Part shown: one piece after another, positions 25,126 through 36,329 of the stretch
How positions within the stretch are numbered: the stretch's first letter is position 1
How the letters are laid out: the number at the start of each line of letters is the position of its first letter
Assembly (NCBI RefSeq): GCF_001194135.2
Contig: NC_068991.1
Location: 39,849,221-39,890,424 of the forward strand
From: Octopus bimaculoides
Lineage: Eukaryota
DNA length: 41,204 nucleotides
Direction of reading: 5' to 3'
Notes under the pieces: generated by a model
Told to the model about the DNA's origin: nothing
Databases searched by the model: none
Seen by the model: the letters and a program-made list of their open reading frames with translations, nothing else
Translations under genes and position numbers: made by a program

Positions 25126-25305
25126 CAGCATGCGTTTGCTGATCTTGGGAAAGTCTCATTTCCCTTCTCTTTTGAGACTGCATTTAGCGTGCTGCAGCAT
25201 GCGTTGCTGATCTTGTGAAAGTCTCATCTCACTTCTCTCTTGAGACTCCACAGCATGCGTTTGCTGATCTTGAGAAAGTCTCATCTCTTTTGTATCTTGA
25301 GACTC
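25126..25305. repeat. Three tandem ~55-bp units inside the Helitron
   Basis: CAGCATGCGTTTGCTGATCTTGNGAAAGTCTCAT...TTGAGACT at 25126, 25195 and 25251. Confidence 0.9.
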
Positions 25306-25546
25306 TCAGCTTCGGTTTTCTACAATCCTTCTTGCTTTATAATTGTTTCTCAAGAGATTACTTCTCTTTTTTGGTGGCATTTTCAATATTGTAAACAAAA
25401 AAATTATGAATATAGAAAAATTATACATTAGTCTCTATTTTTGTACGCAGTTGTATGTTTGTAGTATAAACAACAATATTATAGTCTTATCAAAAGTGAT
25501 GGAATAAAAGTGAAACAATATTATAGTGTTATCAAAAGTGAAATAA

Positions 25547-25815
25547 TGTTATAGCACTGAAAAAAATCAGAAGGGCTGTATAGGGGAGGGGCTACAGCCC
25601 GTTATATGGGCAAAGACTAAAATTTAACTTGCCATAGAAACTTCCCCGAGTATTGAAAAACCTTCATGCCAAATGTGGTATTATACCGCTGAAAAAAAAT
25701 CAGAAGGGTCGTATGGTGGGGGGTGGGAACTACAGCCCCTATATGGGCAAGGGCCAAAATTTGACCCCATAGAACCTTCCCCGAATAATGAAAATCTTCA
25801 TGCCAAATTTGGTAC
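25547..25815. repeat. Diverged ~135-bp tandem duplication inside the Helitron
   Basis: CTGAAAAAAATCAGAAGGG...CTACAGCCC..TATATGGGCAA..CCATAGAA.CTTCCCCGA..CTTCATGCCAAAT occurs twice. Confidence 0.88.
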
Positions 25816-26280
25816 AGATTAATCCAACGGTTTGGCCGTGCATAGAGGAAACACATACACTTGCACACACACACACACANNNNNNNNNNNNNNNNNNNNN
25901 NNNNNNNNNNNNNNNNNNNNNNNNNNNNNNNNNNNNNNNNNNNNNNNNNNNNNNNNNNNNNNNNNNNNNNNNNNNNNNNNNNNNNNNNNNNNNNNNNNNN
26001 NNNNNNNNNNNNNNNNNNNNNNNNNNNNNNNNNNNNNNNNNNNNNNNNNNNNNNNNNNNNNNNNNNNNNNNNNNNNNNNNNNNNNNNNNNNNNNNNNNNN
26101 NNNNNNNNNNNNNNNNNNNNNNNNNNNNNNNNNNNNNNNNNNNNNNNNNNNNNNNNNNNNNNNNNNNNNNNNNNNNNNNNNNNNNNNNNNNNNNNNNNNN
26201 NNNNNNNNNNNNNNNNNNNNNNNNNNNNNNNNNNNNNNNNNNNNNNNNNNNNNNNNNNNNNNNNNNNNNNNNNNNNNNNN

Positions 26281-26353
<73 letters not shown>

Positions 26354-26864
26354 GACATAGATATAGATGACCTTACTTCGACCGAGAATCGAAACTATGA
26401 CAAACAGATACACAGTGTGAACTCATCAGGATAAATGACAGCGTCTTAATCTAAGATATTCGACAGGAAGAAACAAAAACCGTTTAACGTAAGCATTCAT
26501 TTGAAACTGAGCGCTTAGAAAGGAAGATTTGCGCAGAAGCTAAGAGAATATTCAGTCGGTTATAAACAGTGAAACGATGCTCATCATTGATATAATAGGA
26601 AATTTCTTCTCTGCTATGCTAACTTCGACAACAATTAGAAACTGATATCTTTGCATAACTCATTATTTCGTAGCTCTGAAATCACGTATGCGTTGTTTTT
26701 AGAATCTACATATTGTGTCGAATTGAAAACAGGATATAAAGGAGGTCGACTCTGTATGATGGTTAGGAACTGCTATTTAACAGCCTACTTAAGAGTTTAA
26801 AGCGTTTAATTGTGAGCATGATCGAATACAGGCTTAGGCAAAATATAGAGACATATCTAACTGA

Positions 26865-27099
26865 GAACATTATTTACATTTGACGGATATTTGTCCTCAT
26901 CTTGTTTGTTGTCAATACAACGTTTCGGCTGATATACCCTCCAGTCTTCATCAGGTGTTTTGGGGAAATTTCGAGCCTGGGTTCTCATTCCTAAGGTATT
27001 TTTCGATGTTGTTGTTATTATTATTATTCAGGTTACTGCCTGGAATCGAACTCGGAATCTTGGGGTTAGTAGCCCAAGCTCTTAATCACTACACCACTA
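26865..27099 (-). mobile_element. tRNA-headed short element whose 3' module carries a hammerhead motif
   Basis: Head 27030-27099: TGGTGTAGTGATT (A-box), hairpin CTTGGG-CTACTAAC-CCCAAG, GAGTTCGATTCC (B-box). Then an (AAT)n(AAC)n linker and the hammerhead module. Confidence 0.75.
26914..26960 (-). ncRNA. Minimal type I hammerhead ribozyme motif
   Basis: RNA 5'-AAACAC CUGAUGA A GACUGG AGGGUAUA UCAGCC GAAAC GUU GUAUU-3': intact core nucleotides; stem II 5 of 6 pairs; loop-less palindromic ACGU stem III; stem I with one mismatch. Confidence 0.7.
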
Positions 27100-27129
27100 A
27101 ATATAGAACTAACAGAGAGTTTGTCTTCT

Positions 27130-28178
27130 ATTTAGGTGAGTCGAAAGTTTTGCAGCATTTGCATACGTGCTAGTTTGCTGCGTGTATATCACGTGACCGA
27201 AGCAGTTCAAGCTGTGGAAGGTATTAGCTGAGGCTGATAGTATCATGGTAGTTGGTACGCTGACACGTTGTGTATTGCTTCACTCCGTACGTGATTTGGA
27301 AACCACACAGGTGAGGTATGCTTTACGAGTTTGAACTGGGCCATAACACCGCAGAAGCACCCTGACCTAAAAAAAAAAGAAAAATGTTTGTTGTGAGAAA
27401 GGGGAATGCGCAGTTGATCACAGTACAGTAACCAGATCGTTCAAGAAATTTCACTCAGGTTGCAATAATCTCGACGATCAGTTATGGTTAGATAGAGCTA
27501 AAGCCGCGGATGTCGAGGCCGTGCTCCAAGCCGCAGAGGAAAATCCGGCGAGTAGCGCTCGGAGGGTACCAGGCGAGCTCGGCATCTCACAGATGTATAC
27601 CATTGTGCGGCAAAAATACCTGGCGTTGGTTAACAGAAAGCGACCGCTTCTGCATCGAGACAACGTAAGACCTCACACAGCTCGAACGACCCAGAATAAA
27701 CTCCAGGAACTTAAAGGAATGAAACTCATACAACAATAATCTCGACGATCGGTTATGGTCAGATAGAACTAAAGCCGCGGATTTCGAGGCCATACTCCAA
27801 GCCACAGGGGAAAATCCGGCGAGTAGCGCACGGAGGGTACCAGGTGAGCTCGACATCTCACAGATGTATACCATTATGCGGCAAAAATGCCTGGCGTATA
27901 GCTCAGACCTAGCTTGATTCGGATTATTACATGTTCCAATCCATGGCTCACTCCATACGCTCGCTACGCTTCGTCGACCTTCGGCGAAGGAGTTCTTTAC
28001 CTCAAAGGACAAGAACTGGTGTCAGAGTGGGATCAAAGAACTGGCAGAAAGGTAGCTTCAGACGTTGCAACACGATGGCCTCTAATTTGAATGTTAGGCA
28101 GCTTTTGTTGTAACTTTTGTTGTGACGAGTAAAGTAAATAGTTTACCAAAATATTGCAAAACTTTTGATTCAGTACAA
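27130..28178 (+). mobile_element. Internally deleted and partly duplicated mariner
   Basis: Degenerate TIRs sharing TGA.TC.AAAGTTTTGCA..ATT (27130-27160; 28150-28178). Peptides YEFELGHNTAEA, DHSTVTRSFKKFHSGCNNLDD, EENPASSARRVPGELGIS, LHRDNVRPH and YSSDLA. Confidence 0.85.
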
Positions 28179-28196
28179 TGTCTATCTATCTATCTT

Positions 28197-28259
<63 letters not shown>

Positions 28260-28339
28260 GTCTGTCTGTCTGTCTGTCTGTCTGTCCATCCACTCACAAG
28301 CACATACATGTGTATATATATATAAATATATATATATTT

Positions 28340-28388
<49 letters not shown>

Positions 28389-28590
28389 AACATACGCGCA
28401 CGCACATACGCACAGAAAAACACACTCATTGGGGTTTATGTGAATAGTGTGCCTGTCTGTGTGTGTATAAATGCAGGCATGCTTGAAAATATGCTTTCAT
28501 GTAGTTATGTGTGCGTAGGTGCACGTGTATTAATGCGTATATGTGCACAAGTAACCGATGTTATACATACATACACATACACAACCATAC

Positions 28591-28621
<31 letters not shown>

Positions 28622-28622
28622 C

Positions 28623-28668
<46 letters not shown>

Positions 28669-28967
28669 NNNNNNNNNNNNNNNNNNNNNNNNNNNNNNNN
28701 NNNNNNNNNNNNNNNNNNNNNNNNNNNNNNNNNNNNNNNNNNNNNNNNNNNNNNNNNNNNNNNNNNNNNNNNNNNNNNNNNNNNNNNNNNNNNNNNNNNN
28801 NNNNNNNNNNNNNNNNNNNNNNNNNNNNNNNNNNNNNNNNNNNNNNNNNNNNNNNNNNNNNNNNNNNNNNNNNNNNNNNNNNNNNNNNNNNNNNNNNNNN
28901 NNNNNNNNNNNNNNNNNNNNNNNNNNNNNNNNNNNNNNNNNNNNNNNNNNNNNNNNNNNNNNNNNNN

Positions 28968-29000
<33 letters not shown>

Positions 29001-29711
29001 TATACATAGAGGTAAGAGAGAGAGAGAGAAGATGGACAAGCACATACATATATACAACATAATTTTACATAATTTGTAGCAGCTGTTACGTAAGCGAAAT
29101 TATATATATATATCTGAAGAAAAATTATATTCCTAGATTGTCCTTTACAGCTGTTTCGAAACTTTAGTGATTGGTTGACGTAATAATGTATATTACGCAA
29201 ACGGGTGTGAATACTGATGCAATTATGCTTTTAAATATTGGTTTACTGCCATGAGATTTTCATCTTCCTACTCTTCCGGAAGAGAAAATTCGCTGGTACA
29301 AAACCTCCTACTTGAACATAATAATCTTTCCTGCTTATGTGCTGGTTATAATTTCTACTTGCTCGTCGTGTTTTTCTGCGTCAGTATATGCACTCGTTCG
29401 CATAAGACACGTTATTACGTTACTCAATCCCAGTGATTTTGAAACAGCTGTAAAGAACAATCCTGGAATGTACTTTTTCTTCACTAGATATATTTATAGT
29501 TGCATTTATGAAACATCGTTTATAAATGATAGAAAGCTATATAAACACCATTGTCCATCATTTATCTCTATTACACACTTGACCTGCACATTTTTCAACG
29601 GAATTATTTTTACCCTGATTAGGAGTGGAGTTGGATTTTAAGAATTTGGACTCTTCTAGCACTAATGCAGTGTTCATCTGTTATATGCTTATGCTAAAGT
29701 CATCTCGCCCA

Positions 29712-29750
<39 letters not shown>

Positions 29751-30089
29751 AATATACATACATACATACATAAGCATACACACGCATACACACACACACA
29801 CATTTATGAATATCAATTTGTACATCCAACTTAACATGGGCGTACCGTGAAAATACCACAGACTGCAGTATTCGTTTCGACAAAATGCCTCTTATAGACG
29901 TATTGTGCTAAAAAGTACAGAAAATATCAGCAGACGAAAAATGGCAGCACTAGCGGTTAGGCTGCTGGATCACATGATTTCTACCTGTTGCACGTTATCA
30001 GTAGCAGGCAACCAATTACCATATGCTTAACCAAATTTTGTCTTTGCAATCAATCAATACAGTCGTAAATCTCTGGTGGGTTGTGTACA

Positions 30090-30482
30090 ATTTGTGATTG
30101 TTTTTTTTTAATATCAATAATGACGAAATTTCCCCTTCTTGAAAAGTGAAGACTATTTCTTTTGCAGTTTTTTTCAGTAACAGCGCCTTCTCCCTACACA
30201 CCACAAATATCTCGAGCAGCTTTGGCAGCATTGGAACTTTGATTATAAACGAATAGAAGTTGGTGACTGAAATGCTCGTTTTCATTCTACTTGGCACACC
30301 ACGCCATAGTCACATATCTGAAAAGATGTAAAATTTATTAAAATTTCGAAAACGATAGAGAAAAGTTGCTGAGGAAGATTAGAGCTACAAAACTCATGAA
30401 ACACTGCGATAAAAATATTTTGCGTTTTCATATTAATTCATTTAACATTTGAAAGAAACGAACGAATTTATATGACAACACC
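30090..30482 (-). mobile_element. 5' fragment of another mariner (TIR and HTH region)
   Basis: Minus strand EHFSHQLLFVYNQSSNAAKAARDICGV*GEGAVTEK...RRGNF, in a different frame from the listed 30016-30297 ORF; TIR-like GTTGTCATATAAATTCGTTCG at ~30460-30480. Confidence 0.8.
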
Positions 30483-30522
30483 ATCCATCCGTCCATCCAT
30501 CCATCCATCCATCCATCCATCC

Positions 30523-30572
<50 letters not shown>

Positions 30573-30601
30573 ATCCCTCTCCCCTTTTCTCCTTCTCTCG
30601 C

Positions 30602-30646
<45 letters not shown>

Positions 30647-30764
30647 ACACACATACATATATATCAATTCAATTTGGGTACGAATCTTGTAGTTTGCTTT
30701 ATAAAGCCCGTCTACGGGTACCGACTAGAAGTTACAGTTAATATATTTAATATATTACATGGTG

Positions 30765-31140
30765 TGGAGGCGCAATGGCCCAGTGGTTAGGGCAGCGGAC
30801 TCGCGGTCATAGGATCGCGGTTTCGATTCCCAGACCAGGCGTTGTGAGTGTTTATTGAGCGAAAACACCTAAAGCTCCGCGAGGCTCCGGCCGGGGATGG
30901 TGGTGAACCATGCTGTACTCTTTCACCACAACTTTCTCTCACTCTTTCTTCCTGTTTCTGTTGTGCCTGTGATTCAAAGGGTCAGCCTTGTCACACTGTG
31001 TCATGCTGAATATCCCCGAGAACTACGTTAAGGGTACACGTGTCTGTGGAGTGCTCAGCCACCAGCACGTTAATTTCACGAGCAGGCTGTTCCGTTGATC
31101 GGATCAACTGGAACCCTCGACGTCGTAAGCGACGGAGTGT
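30765..31140 (+). mobile_element. Well-preserved tRNA-Arg-like SINE (resembles octopus OR-type SINEs as I recall them)
   Basis: TGGCCCAGTGGTTAGG (A-box), GACTCGCGGTC resembling the tRNA-Arg anticodon arm GACTTCGGATC, GGTTTCGATTCCC (B-box), then ~300 bp of body and tail. Confidence 0.85.
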
Positions 31141-31180
31141 CAGCTTCTTCTTTATATTACATGGTAATATTTCGGCAAGT

Positions 31181-32287
31181 AAAGACGGTGAACTAGTAGA
31201 ATCATTTGCACGCCAAGCAAAAGTGTTTAACAGCATTTCATCTGTCCTTATGTTCTGAGTTCAAATTTCGCTGAGGTCGACTTTACCTTTCATCCTTTCA
31301 GAAGTCCATAAAATAAGCACCAGTTGAGTTACCTTGACTCCTGAAACTGCTGGCCGTGTGCCAAAATTTGAAATCAATATTTCGGCAAATAACTGCTGAC
31401 AAAGTGGAGACGAAGCAAATGAAGTACAAAGCAATAAAATATGTTCAATGTCTCTTTTTTACACTTTTAAATACACACCTACATACATGTATGTATGCAT
31501 GTATGTATGTATGCATGCATGTATGTACGTATGTATGCATGTATGTATGTATGTATGTATGTTTGTATGTATACATGCATGTAAAGTTATATTCGCTCCG
31601 TCTTTATTTTCCAAGATTTCGATTTAAAATGATGTATTTGACGTTATTTTTGTTGTTTGTTATCTTTAGGTCTTAAATATCGCCCGAGGGTGTTTTCGCC
31701 TATTCACTGCATGAATAACCTCAGTTAATTGAAAAAATTTAACTCATCATATTACGCAAATGCGACCCTAACTTAGTGAAATAAAGAGTCAGCTCTTAGA
31801 CACGTCAGTAGAAAAACGCCAGTAAAAATAATACAAGGTGACCAACTGGCAGAATTATTAGCATGCCGGGCAGAATACTTAGCGGTGTTTGGTCCGTCTT
31901 TATGTTCTGAGTTCAAATTCCACCGAGGTCGACTTTGCCTTTCATCCTTCGAGGTTGATAAAATAAGTACCAGTAGAACACTGGGGTCAATATAATCGAC
32001 TTACCCACACTCCTAAAATTGCTGGCCTTGTGCCAAAATTTGAAACCAGTATTAAAAAGCAATACAAGACGGTGAGCTGGCAGACATGTTAGCACGCCCG
32101 GCAGTATGCTTAGCTGTTTTTATCCGTCTTTACCTTCTGAGTTCAAATTCCGCGGAGGTCGACTTTGTCTTTTATCCACTTTACCTTTTATCCTTTCGTG
32201 GTCGATAAAGTAAATACCACTTGAACACTGGGGTCGATGTAATCTCCTTCCGCCGAAACTGCTGGCCCTGTGCCAAAATTTGGAACC
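31181..32287 (+). mobile_element. Three SINE family B copies: 31181-31377, 31835-32047, 32066-32287 (last two head-to-tail)
   Basis: Each has TTCTGAGTTCAAATT..G.GGTCGACTTT..CTTT.ATCC and ends GTGCCAAAATTTG.AA.C. Confidence 0.9.
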
Positions 32288-33003
32288 TATACTTAAAATC
32301 AACAAGCAATAGAGATAACACCAGTAATGTTTAAGAGAAAAACGAAACTCATGCAGAAAAGCATGGATGTTGCCTTTAAGGTCATATAGCAAAAACAACA
32401 CACAACCTCACTTAAGGGTAATATGCTGATATGATTTAATAAAGCCCAAAGCATGTTCATTGCTTTCACCACTTGATTTAAAAAACACGATCATCTCCTG
32501 TCTCCTCCTCTTTAATTTCTCATATCTTCCATTTGTTGAATCTATTTGTTTTATCTCCCTTGGATTTTGTTTTTAAATTTTGAAAATCCTCTACAGAGAG
32601 TTTTGTCTTCTGACAGCGCGAAAGATTCCCTCTGTGTATAACACATGTAAGATCCTACCTTAGGTGTATTTAGTATGCAGAAGATTTCCTCCAACTGTTT
32701 CTCTTCATCATTTTGTCTTTCATTGTATTGCTCAACATTTACTGTCAGAAACCGACCATCCAGTTATGAGGGTTCGACAATTTCGACCGAACAGACGTGT
32801 TTTTTTGTTCTTTGCTCGCTGTATCACCGTGTTATCTGCTTGAACCGTATGTAATTCTTGTTTTTTTTCTTTGCAGTTCCTTTAATTCAACCACACTTAG
32901 CAGTTGACGCTTTGCGGAAACTAGTAGGGGCAACTTACCAACAATGGATTTGATGGACAGTCCACAGTCCAACTTACTTCAATAAGCAACTCACCGACGG
33001 TAA

Positions 33004-34990
33004 TATGGATTTCAAACTAATAGAAAACAACGCCCAATTACCAGAAGTGTACGATGAAGCTTTCCCGCCTCTCACTCATGGAGAGAGAGGGGGTAGGAGG
33101 AAAACCTAAGCAAACTATAAGTAGTCTGAATTCTATCACCAGCCAAAACAATGACTTACAACCGAAAACTACAAGAAATGAAAGCCGCGGCTTGCGTCTG
33201 CAGCCGAAATCAACCTGAACATGGAGAACTTTAAAAAATTCAAATGCCTGTTACAGAGAGAAGGCACAAACATAAACCTAACGCCTCCCAGCGAGATAAT
33301 GCAACTATAATTTTTTAAAAACTAATTTTTAAAACTCTGTCACTCAAAAAAAAAAAAGAAGAAGAACAGATGTCAAAAGAAAGTATCGAAAAAGGTCCAC
33401 AGCTCATATGGGGTAAAAGAAAAACTTATGCAGCAAGGGGGATAAAATACGGTACTGAAAAAGGAGCAAAGGAACACTCCACAGTGCTTTTGAAGAAGAG
33501 TTGGTGCCGCTACCCACGTACATGGGTCGACGTACTTAAAAAATAAAAATAGGGGAGGTCCCACCGGAAATTGATGTGGTGTAGCTTGTGGAAACCGTAC
33601 TTCTGAACCGAGAGGTTAGAGCCACTATCTTTCAGCCCACCAGGCTACACCAGCAGAACTGATGGGGCTAAGGTCTGGAACTAATAATCCAGACCACACA
33701 GAGGAACTTGGAAGAAATACCAGAGTAAGTAATACTACCGGACGAGACCATATTAAGAGTCATGGTGGAATCAAGAAGTCCAAGGTGCTTTAAGTGTCGG
33801 CAAAAGGGCCACATAAAAATCACGTGCCCACATGTCCTACAACGAGAAGTACCCCCTCCACCTAGTAACGCATCACAGTCTGACGACCTGAAAGAAAGAA
33901 AGGGGAAGCCAACCAGCACCGCGACAAAACAACACATCAACCCACCACAAACTGTCGACCCGAAGAAAGAAGACGTCAAGCAGCACCACAATAGAACAAC
34001 CCATCAACCCACCACAGACTGAAAACCGGAAAGAAAAAAAAGAAGTCGACTAACACCACGATAAAGTAGCCTAGGTCAAAGGTGCCACAGGGGGAAGTGG
34101 AGAACACCAAGAAGGACACCCCAAAGGAACCACCACCAACCTTGTTCGAGGAGAGTGACGACAGATGGACAATGGTCAGAAAGAGACGTAAAATAAAAGA
34201 TACGCCTATCGCACTCACAAAAATGACCACCAAAGACAACCAAAAACCCGCATGCACAATATACACACACAAACCACAAACATGCTACTCAGTTACCTTA
34301 AATAAAGAAGCCAGCAAAAGCAAAGACAACTAAAAACCTGCGCTCATACCATACATATAGAAACACAAACATCCTATTTATTTTTCCCATACAAAGCCAC
34401 GTATAAGCCATTCACACAAGAGATATCACCGCCAGCAACACCGGGGGAAATAAACCACCCTAGCTAAACATACACACAGAAATTAACGTGTTACCTCATA
34501 ATTAGGCCCTCCACACCCAAACACCAACGAACTCAAAAAACAATCCAATGTTCTTTTTTCATCAGTTGTTACGTCATATAATCATATGTTGATTCAACCC
34601 ATTTTGTCTGGCCTGTAACTATGAATGAAGAGTGTATGCCTTGCTACATGCGTGAGATGATTGAATGTGAATACCAGTAATTCTAAAACAAGATCAAAAG
34701 ACAATGTGACATTCCTTTTTCATCACGTGTTATATGTTATCTAATCATATGTTGCTCCAACACATTTTGTTTGTCCTGATTTATGAATGAAGAATGTATG
34801 CCTCGTTACATGTGTAAGTGAGATGACTTGAACGTAAGTACCAATGATTCTAAAAGAAGACCAGTGACGATGCGTGGTTTGTGGGATTCCCGTGTCCATC
34901 ACTCTATTTTCATCATTTCTACCCTTTCATCATCCATACGCTATTTTAACCCCCATGTTTTGTCTGTCCTGTATTGTCCCTCTATGTCGG
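33004..34990 (+). mobile_element. Decayed gag-like/ORF1 retroelement segment with a CCHC knuckle and tandemly repeated 3' region
   Basis: RCFKCRQKGHIKITCP (CX2CX4HX4C) in ORF 33762-34022; upstream broken frames (YMGRRT*KIKIGEVPPEID, LEEIPE*VILPDETILRV); no endonuclease or RT downstream. Confidence 0.6.
34550..34985. repeat. Diverged ~165-bp tandem repeat (two units plus a partial third)
   Basis: TTTTTCATCA..TAATCATATGTTG..C.AAC.CATTTTGT.TG.CCTG..TATGAATGAAGA.TGTATGCCT..TACATG.GT..GAGATGA..TACCA..ATTCTAAAA at ~34550 and ~34712. Confidence 0.85.
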
Positions 34991-35142
34991 CCCTAGTGGC
35001 TAATAAAGAATTAATTTTTTTACCGAACAACCACACAGATGATTTGTTTATAGTAATGAAATGTTTGTGTAGACATAAAGTTCAATCCCTCCATCAGATC
35101 GACATTACCTGTACACGTGCAACGGGTGCCACATGTCAGAAG

Positions 35143-35260
35143 TCGAAATGATCGCAGAGCAACGTGGAATGAAGTGCTTTGCTCAAGAACACAACGCAGC
35201 GCCCGGTCTGGGAATCGAACCCACGATCTCTCAATCGTGAGTGCAACACCTTAACCACTA
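35143..35260 (-). mobile_element. Head plus CORE fragment of a family C-like SINE
   Basis: Reverse complement TAGTGGTTAAGGTGTTGCACTCACGATTGAGAGATCGTGGGTTCGATTCCC...GTGTTCTTGAGCAAAGCACTT. Confidence 0.85.
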
Positions 35261-35565
35261 TACATACATACATACATACATACATACATGCATATACACA
35301 TACATACATACATACATACATACATACATACATACAGATAGATAGATATATAGATAGATAGATAGATAATTTATTTATACACACGCACATACACACACAC
35401 ACATATATACATATATGTGTATATGTCTCTCTCTAATCCTACCTCCCCTTCTCTTTATATTAACTCATATACATACATATATATTACATAATATGTGTAT
35501 ATGTGTGTGTCTGTGTATATATGTATGAATGCATGCATGTATGTATGTGTGTATGTATGTTTCCT

Positions 35566-35599
<34 letters not shown>

Positions 35600-36163
35600 T
35601 CTCTCTCTCTCTATCTCTCTCTCCCCCTCTCTCTCTCTCCCCCCCTCTCTCTCTCTCTCTCTATCTATCTATCTATGATATCTCTAATCCAATGAATTTT
35701 TGTTAGATAATTGCTGCTATACTTTTTTCTCTGTTGTCTACTGTTTTGATCTTAGTTTTGTATATTATACGATCAACATTTGTTCAGGTCATTTCTGTAA
35801 TATGACAATGAAACCTAAGTAAACAGCAGTCGATTTGTTTGTTTTTGATTTTATTCCCTTTTTTAAATATGGTAAATGAATAAAAATTATATATTGTCGT
35901 GTGTCTAAGAAAACACATAGAGAAATTGACAGCGAATGCGCATCACATTGAAATTGCTTACTTGTACTAGTTGTACCCTAACGATAGGCATTTCAGGCTC
36001 TTAGAGCGAATGTCACATTGGTTCATGTACCTGGAAATGACTGGTCTGTTTAGTAGATTATAATGATTATTATGAAAAATTCAAAAGAAATCGTTGCTAA
36101 TGATGGACTGTAGAAAAATCTGTCGTTTTTTCACAAATTGTCAAGCAAAAGAAAACAAATAAC

Positions 36164-36283
<120 letters not shown>

Positions 36284-36329
36284 AAGAAGAATTATAAAAC
36301 CAATATCTACACTGGATAATATGTCGGGA

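Larger units (their letters stand above)
24721..26367 (-). mobile_element. Non-autonomous Helitron (spans an N gap at 25880-26280)
   Basis: Minus strand starts A|TCTATATCTATG at 26367 and ends in a degenerate hairpin CCCGAGCAACGCCAGG, then TATCTCTG-CTAG|T at 24721, consistent with an A/T target and no TSD. Contains AACCGTTGGATTAATCTGTACCAAATTTGG next to a (TG)n tract, as in microsatellite-bearing Helitrons. Confidence 0.75.

Noticed and set aside
25126-25305. CRISPR-like array
   Set aside because: Eukaryotic context, no unique spacers of regular length and no cas genes; reported as a structured tandem repeat instead
27030-27099. tRNA gene calls for SINE heads (also 30765, 18269, 35143)
   Set aside because: No complete acceptor stem or T-run terminator, and each continues into a repeat body
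15025-29200. Long ORFs containing X runs (e.g. 17323-18360, 25617-26434, 28338-29200)
   Set aside because: They read through assembly gaps and dinucleotide repeats
30016-30297. 93-aa ORF as a host protein
   Set aside because: Alternate frame of the mariner HTH remnant
32659-32741. Possible minus-strand exon (NVEQYNERQNDEEKQLEEIFCILNTPK|GTAGGA)
   Set aside because: The peptide is not recognised, and the surrounding frameshifted coding-like DNA could be a transposon relic
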